64,000 bases of DNA from contig CBDTTM010000001.1 of the NCBI GenBank assembly GCA_965363355.1, positions 5,495 through 69,494 of the forward strand, in the 5' to 3' direction. The translations under genes were made by a program, and so were the position numbers. This DNA is from an uncultured Selenomonadaceae bacterium (GTDB taxonomy: Bacteria > Bacillota > Negativicutes > Selenomonadales > Selenomonadaceae). Of this stretch, positions 58,659-64,000 are shown in pieces; positions within the stretch are counted from its first letter, which is position 1, and every line of letters starts with the position of its first letter. The notes below the pieces were generated by a model. That model worked only from the letters and a program-made list of their open reading frames with translations. It made no database searches and was not told the origin of the DNA.

Positions 58659-60536
58659 TCAGCTTTTTAATGGTTTTTTGAGTACAGCCAGGCAGATCAT
58701 GGTAACGGCTGCGCCGATGAGGATTGCAAGCAGATACATCAATGGATTGCCAATGGTCGGTACGACGAAGATGCCGCCATGTGGAGCGCGAAGCGTGCAG
58801 TTAAATGCCATCGAAAGAGCACCTGCTGTAGCGGAACCGATGATGCAAGAAGGAATGACGCGAAGCGGATCGGCAGCTGCGAAAGGAATCGCACCTTCTG
58901 TAATGAAGGAAAGACCCATGACGTAGTTGGTGATTCCGGATTTGCGATCGCTTTCCGAGAAACGGTTACCAAAGAAAGTCGTGCAAAGGGCGATGCCAAG
59001 AGGTGGAACCATACCACCGGCCATGACGGAAGCCATGATGCCGAATTCTCCGTTAGCCAAAGCACCTGTACCGATTACATAGGCAGCTTTGTTGATCGGG
59101 CCACCCATGTCGACAGCCATCATGCCGCCGAATAAGATACCGATGAGGATACGGCTGCTAGGATCCATGTTTTTCAAGGTATCCATCATCCAGCCATTGA
59201 TTGCGGCAACAGGAGGATTGATGACGAAAGTGATCAAGACACCCATTACAAATACGCCAAGAAGTGGATACAGAAGGACTGGTTTTATGCCTTCGAGCGA
59301 CTGTGGCAGGCTGGCAAAAAGTTTTTTGAGTCCAACAACGATGTAGCCAGCAGCGAAACCGGCAATCAGAGCCCCGAGGAACCCGGATCCGCCAGAATTG
59401 GCAAGCGCACCGCCGACAAAACCTACAGCAAGACCAGGACGGTCAGCAATGCTCATCGCGATGAAGCCGGCGAGAACTGGAAGCATGAAGCCAAAAGAGG
59501 CACCGCCGACCCCTTTGAGGAAGGCTGCTAACGGCGTATTGGAACCGAAGTTTCCAGGATTTGCTGGATCGTAAACGTCAAACAGGAAGGCCAAAGCAAT
59601 CAAGATACCGCCGCCGATAACGAATGGAAGCATATGAGATACACCATTCATTAAATGCTTGTAAATCTGACGGCCGATGCTTTCCGCTTCGTCGCTGTCA
59701 GCGCCTGCTTCTGAATCGCCAGTATGATGGTAGATGGCAACATTACCGCTGATGGCTTTTTCTAAAAGCTCATCGGCTTTATTAATGCCATTGGCTACTT
59801 TTGTCTGGATGACAGGTTTGCCTTCAAAACGAGCCATTGCTACATTTTTATCAGCAGCAATGATGATGCATTCAGCCGCTTTGATATCAGCTGAGGTCAA
59901 TTCGTTTTTGACACCGCCGGAACCATTGGTTTCAACTTTTATGGAAATCCCTTTTTTCTTTGCATGCTGTTCAAGGCTTTCTGCTGCCATGAAAGTATGC
60001 GCAATGCCTGTTGGGCAAGCTGTGACGGCAAGAACACGGTAACCGTCTTTGGTCGCTGGAACTGCAGCAGCATCAAAGCTTCCGGCTTCTTTTTCGTCAA
60101 TGAGTTTCAAAAATGCTTCTTTGGTCGGTGCTGAGATCAAGGCTTCCTTGAAATCAGGGTCCATGATCAAGGTTGCCAGACGGCTGAGAACTTCGATGTG
60201 AAGGTTATCGGCACTGTCTGGAGCAGCAATCATGAAAAATAAACGAGCTGGTTGTCCGTCGAGAGATTCAAATTCGATGCCGTCTTTGATGACCATTGCG
60301 GATAAGCCCGCATTTTTGACCGCGCTGCTTTTTGCATGCGGGGTTGCGATACCATCGCCAAGACCTGTTGTTCCACTCGCTTCACGAGCCAAAACAGCCT
60401 TGAGATAGGTATCTTTGTCTGAAAGGTTTCCCGTCTGATCCATAAGATCAGCCAATGTCTTGATAGCATCCTCCTTGTTGGTTGGATTTGCATCAAGGGA
60501 TATACCGTTTAACTTTAATAAATCCGTGATACGCAT
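58659..60536 (-). CDS. fruA: PTS fructose-specific EIIABC component
   Basis: IIA(Fru/Ntr) domain with GIATPHAK. IIB with AVTACPTGIAHTFMAAE. C-terminal IIC membrane domain. Confidence 0.9.
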   Translation of the reverse strand: MRITDLLKLNGISLDANPTNKEDAIKTLADLMDQTGNLSDKDTYLKAVLAREASGTTGLGDGIATPHAKSSAVKNAGLSAMVIKDGIEFESLDGQPARLFFMIAAPDSADNLHIEVLSRLATLIMDPDFKEALISAPTKEAFLKLIDEKEAGSFDAAAVPATKDGYRVLAVTACPTGIAHTFMAAESLEQHAKKKGISIKVETNGSGGVKNELTSADIKAAECIIIAADKNVAMARFEGKPVIQTKVANGINKADELLEKAISGNVAIYHHTGDSEAGADSDEAESIGRQIYKHLMNGVSHMLPFVIGGGILIALAFLFDVYDPANPGNFGSNTPLAAFLKGVGGASFGFMLPVLAGFIAMSIADRPGLAVGFVGGALANSGGSGFLGALIAGFAAGYIVVGLKKLFASLPQSLEGIKPVLLYPLLGVFVMGVLITFVINPPVAAINGWMMDTLKNMDPSSRILIGILFGGMMAVDMGGPINKAAYVIGTGALANGEFGIMASVMAGGMVPPLGIALCTTFFGNRFSESDRKSGITNYVMGLSFITEGAIPFAAADPLRVIPSCIIGSATAGALSMAFNCTLRAPHGGIFVVPTIGNPLMYLLAILIGAAVTMICLAVLKKPLKS

Positions 60537-60580
60537 AATATATCGCTCCTTTTTTTATAGATGAGGGCATAATGAGAAAT

Positions 60581-61486
60581 TTATTTTATGGTTTTGAGTA
60601 GATTTTCTACTTCTGACCGTGTTGCCAAGTTTTCCGAAAAAGCGGAAGCCGAACCAGTTGCTACACCCATGTGGAAAGCTGTTTTGAAGTCGGAGCTTTC
60701 GCGGTAGCCTGTGATGAAGCCTGCCACCATGGAATCACCTGCTCCTACGGAGTTTACCAGTGTTCCTTTTGGTGCAGCACAAGTGAAGACATCACCATCG
60801 GCAGTGACGAGGATCGCGCCGTCGCCAGCCATTGAAATCAATACGTTCTGAGCACCTTTTTCTTGGAGCTTTTTCGCGTAAAAGATGATCTCATCCTGCG
60901 TTTTAAGGGTTACATCAAACATTTCGCCGAGTTCATGGTTATTCGGTTTGATCAAAAATGGTTTGTATTTGAGGACATTCAACAAAAGATTGCAGGTTGC
61001 ATCGACGATGATCCGGCACCCTTTATCCATGAGACGGGCCATGATTTTTTCGTAGATGTCATCGGGCAGTGTATTAGGAATGCTGCCAGCCAGTACGAGC
61101 ATATCGTCTTTTTGCAATTGGTCGAGCTGGGCAAAAAGCTTGTTTAGCGCAGCTTCTGTTATGCGCGGTCCCTGACCGTTGAGTTCAGTTTCCTGTCCGG
61201 CTTTGATTTTGACATTGATGCGGGACAAGCCTTCTTCTAATTCGATGAAATCGCTATGGCAGCCAAAGGCTTCTACGTTATGAGCGATTTCTTTGCCGGT
61301 AAATCCGGCGATGAAGCCGAGGGCTGTGCTGTCGATTCCCATGTTTTTGAGAACGATGGAGACATTGATGCCTTTGCCGCCGGGTAAGATTTGTTCGTAT
61401 TCAGTCCGATTGATCGTTCCAGCTGAAAAATTGGCTAAACGAACGATGTAATCGAGAGCTGGATTAAAAGTTACTGTATAAATCAT
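60581..61486 (-). CDS. fruK: 1-phosphofructokinase
   Basis: PfkB family: MIYTVTFNPALD, GGKGINV, VNSVGAGDSMVAGF. Confidence 0.9.
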   Translation of the reverse strand: MIYTVTFNPALDYIVRLANFSAGTINRTEYEQILPGGKGINVSIVLKNMGIDSTALGFIAGFTGKEIAHNVEAFGCHSDFIELEEGLSRINVKIKAGQETELNGQGPRITEAALNKLFAQLDQLQKDDMLVLAGSIPNTLPDDIYEKIMARLMDKGCRIIVDATCNLLLNVLKYKPFLIKPNNHELGEMFDVTLKTQDEIIFYAKKLQEKGAQNVLISMAGDGAILVTADGDVFTCAAPKGTLVNSVGAGDSMVAGFITGYRESSDFKTAFHMGVATGSASAFSENLATRSEVENLLKTIK

Positions 61487-62236
61487 TTAATCATGCACCT
61501 CCAAGATATTTGCAAAATCACGATATTTCCGGTCTCTGAGTTTTGTCGTAATGATGGTAGCTCCGGAAATATTCGCGAAAGTAATCGGGGATATTCGGTT
61601 GAATTTTGATGAATCCGCTAAAATAAAAGCTTTGCGGCAGCGTGATAATGCTCGTTGCTTAACAAGACCTTCGCTGGCGTCCGGTGTAGAAAATCCAGCT
61701 TTAGCACTGATTCCATTGGTTCCAAAAAAACCTTTTGTAAAATTGTAAGTTTTTAGATTATTCATGGCTTCTGTGCCAATTATAGCTTCTGTGGACTCTT
61801 TGAGTTCGCCGCCGATGACGAAGACCCTAAAGCCATGACTGGCTAGTTTGATGGCATGAGCGATGCCGTTGGTCACGTAGGATGCGTTTTTTTCATGGAT
61901 AAAGTCAATCATCCGTTCCGTCGTCGTGCCTGCATCGAGATAGATAAAATCGCCTGCTTCAATTAAGCTTGCTGCGGTTTTTGCGATTTTGATCTTTTCA
62001 TCTATATGGAGATCGTGTTTGGCTTCGACGGTTTCTTCCTGTGTGCTGTAACTGTTGTCGATAGAAGTCGCGCCGCCATATACCTTATATAACCGGCCAC
62101 TCTTATGGAGATTGTTTAAATCACGCCGTACAGTGGATTCCGAGGATTGCAGGATATGGGTAAGTTCTAAGACAGTTACCGCTTTTTTTTCTTCAAGGAT
62201 CTGCAAGATCGTGGCATAACGTTCTTCGGTAAGCAT
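61487..62236 (-). CDS. fruR: DeoR-family transcriptional repressor of the fructose operon
   Basis: N-terminal wHTH (ERYATILQILEEKKAVTVLELTHILQSSESTVRRDLNNL) plus a DeoR C-terminal sensor domain. Confidence 0.85.
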   Translation of the reverse strand: MLTEERYATILQILEEKKAVTVLELTHILQSSESTVRRDLNNLHKSGRLYKVYGGATSIDNSYSTQEETVEAKHDLHIDEKIKIAKTAASLIEAGDFIYLDAGTTTERMIDFIHEKNASYVTNGIAHAIKLASHGFRVFVIGGELKESTEAIIGTEAMNNLKTYNFTKGFFGTNGISAKAGFSTPDASEGLVKQRALSRCRKAFILADSSKFNRISPITFANISGATIITTKLRDRKYRDFANILEVHD

Positions 62237-62419
62237 ACGTCAATCCCCGCCTTTCTATCTACAATATATCATTCAAACTACGTCAAAGTCAATCAAAAAA
62301 TATATAAAAATAATCAACTTCAGTCAAACTTAATCACAAATATTGTGCATGAATCGCTTGATTTGCCACAATGGGGCGATTTTAGGTATAATAATAAGGA
62401 AAGAAAGGAGTTGATGTCT

Positions 62420-63334
62420 ATGACTGAAACTGAAAAATTGCTGGATCCGGCCTTGGCGGCCGAAGAAAAACGAAAAAAACTTCATCGAAAAAAAATGCGA
62501 GCGTATTTTAAAAAATACATCAGTTTGTTGATTGGTTCGATGATTTATGCAATCGGTTTGGAAATTTTTCTTGTGCCGAACCATATCATTGACGGGGGCA
62601 TCGTCGGTATTTCAATCATGCTCGAATCGTTGACGCATCAACCATTGGCCTTGTTCATGGTATTGCTCAATATTCCTTTCCTTTATGTTGGCTATAAACA
62701 AATCGGTAAATCCTTTGCTATCGCGACGGCGTTTTCTATTTGTTTCATGTCCCTAGGGACGTCCTTTTTTGAACCGATTCCGGGAATAACCGATGATCTG
62801 TTTTTAGCTGCGATATTTGGCGGCATTATCACCGGGCTTGGCGTCGGTTTGATCATTCGCAATGGTGGTTCCTTGGATGGAACAGAAATCGTAGCGATCA
62901 TCCTGGATCGGCGAACGAGTTTTTCCATCGGCGAAGTCGTGATGTTTATGAATCTTTTCATATTAAGCAGTGCTGGATTGGTATTTGGCTGGGATAGGGC
63001 CATGTATTCACTGGTCGCTTATTTTGTTATTTCGAAGATGATCGATGTTGTCATCAAGGGCTTGGATGAATCCTATGCGGTCATGATCGTGACTGAGTGC
63101 CATGAAGATATTGCATCGGCACTTATGGATCGTTTGGGGCGTGGTGTTACGCTTCTCCATGGCGAAGGCGGTTATACGGGCGATCTCAAGAAAATCTTGT
63201 ATTGTGTCGTAACTCGTCTTGAAGTTGATAAACTCAAAGACATCGTTGAAGAAAAAGACGATTCGGCTTTTGTGACCATTACGCCGGTACATGATATCGT
63301 CGGTGGCAGATTCAAGAAAAAAGCCATTCATTGA
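62420..63334 (+). CDS. YitT-family membrane protein with C-terminal DUF2179 domain
   Basis: Start trimmed (ATG at 62414 or 62420, RBS aaggag). Repeated GGxxG(I/T) membrane segments. C-terminal GVTLLHGEGGYTG...VVTRLE block. Confidence 0.75.
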   Translation: MTETEKLLDPALAAEEKRKKLHRKKMRAYFKKYISLLIGSMIYAIGLEIFLVPNHIIDGGIVGISIMLESLTHQPLALFMVLLNIPFLYVGYKQIGKSFAIATAFSICFMSLGTSFFEPIPGITDDLFLAAIFGGIITGLGVGLIIRNGGSLDGTEIVAIILDRRTSFSIGEVVMFMNLFILSSAGLVFGWDRAMYSLVAYFVISKMIDVVIKGLDESYAVMIVTECHEDIASALMDRLGRGVTLLHGEGGYTGDLKKILYCVVTRLEVDKLKDIVEEKDDSAFVTITPVHDIVGGRFKKKAIH

Positions 63335-63347
63335 TTTTTAAACGCAT

Positions 63348-63384
63348 AAAAAAATACCCGCCAGAGCAGGGCGGGTATTTTTTG
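63348..63384 (+). terminator. intrinsic terminator
   Basis: Hairpin atacccgcc-agagcag-ggcgggtat followed by T6. Confidence 0.75.
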
Positions 63385-63477
63385 TGTGTATTTTTAGGAG
63401 AGAGCTTTTAAAAGCCTGTCCATAATATAACATAAATGATAATGAAAATCAATAGCAATTACAGATGATTTTCTCTT

Positions 63478-64000
63478 TTAGAATTTTCGTGTGAAAAATT
63501 CATTGTCTTCGAGCAAGCTGCTAAGCGTAGTGAAATTGAGACGATAGAGAAGATCAAGGACGTAAGGATTATCAAGCGGTGTTTTGTACAATGCTTTTTC
63601 TCCGTAATTATTGACTTTTTTTCGTGCTTCTTCTTTATCGATCAAGGATTTCGGACCGCCGACGCAACCGCCGACACAGCCCATTCCTTCAAAGAAGTTG
63701 GCATTGGTCTTGCCTTCGAGGAGATCGGCAATCATTTGTTTGCAATCGGGGACACCATCGGCTTGTTGTGAACGGATCGTAATGCTTCTATCCGGATGCA
63801 GGCGTTCAAGCGTATTTTTGACAGCCTGGCTGACGCCGCCGGTACGGGCATAGATTCGGCCGGCTTCGGAGGAGAAATCCTTGATTTTATCTTCCATTTG
63901 CAAGAGGTCGATTTGCAGCAGATCAAAGAGTTCACGCGTTTCCTGGAAAGTCAGTACATAGTCTACAGCGCCGGCGATATCTTTTTCGCGGGCTTCTGCC
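63478..64000 (-). CDS. [FeFe]-hydrogenase-like protein, C-terminal part (5' end beyond the window)
   Basis: The reading frame stays open upstream of the ORF-track start to the window edge (AEAREKDIAGAVDYVLTFQETRELF...). H-cluster L3-like motif FEGMGCVGGCVGGP. Confidence 0.6.
   Translation of the reverse strand, partial: AEAREKDIAGAVDYVLTFQETRELFDLLQIDLLQMEDKIKDFSSEAGRIYARTGGVSQAVKNTLERLHPDRSITIRSQQADGVPDCKQMIADLLEGKTNANFFEGMGCVGGCVGGPKSLIDKEEARKKVNNYGEKALYKTPLDNPYVLDLLYRLNFTTLSSLLEDNEFFTRKF

Overview
This window is the replication-origin region of a Bacillota chromosome. The lineage may be Negativicutes-like, given the Na+-decarboxylase genes and HlyD-type adaptor, but that assignment is low confidence.

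The conserved core reads parB-parA ... noc-rsmG-mnmG-mnmE-jag-yidC-yidD-rnpA-rpmH | oriC | dnaA-dnaN-yaaA-recF-(DUF721)-(remB-like)-gyrB ... gyrA. A bipartite DnaA-box origin flanks dnaA.

Two blocks of non-core genes interrupt the usual synteny:
- About 7.6 kb lies between soj and noc: a split metH, pfkA, an HD-GYP protein, a ZTP-riboswitch-controlled purH-like gene and a secreted hypothetical.
- About 14.4 kb lies between gyrB and gyrA: a Mn-riboswitch/TerC unit, htpX, a gmk-like gene, tRNA-Pro, a CitA/DcuS-type two-component system, a Na+-translocating biotin decarboxylase operon with a co-transcribed permease, a ThrC-like/TauE pair and ppx.

Downstream of gyrA are an MCP, an LCP protein, a TetR/HlyD/ABC efflux operon, mntH, a MerR/MATE pair, dctA, mgtC, the fruRKA PTS operon, yitT and a window-truncated [FeFe]-hydrogenase-like gene.

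No CRISPR array, IS element, integrase or prophage gene was seen.

The most interesting signals:
1. A dense set of chromosome-organisation sites readable directly from the DNA: four perfect parS palindromes, a perfect and a near-perfect Noc-binding-site palindrome alongside a Noc paralogue, and a second DnaA-box cluster about 37 kb from oriC.
2. A decarboxylase operon whose carboxyltransferase has lost the N-domain glycine motifs that are near-invariant in the family.

Several ORF-track starts were trimmed to RBS-supported internal starts. Two short genes missing from the ORF track, rpmH and an OadG-like subunit, were added by hand translation.
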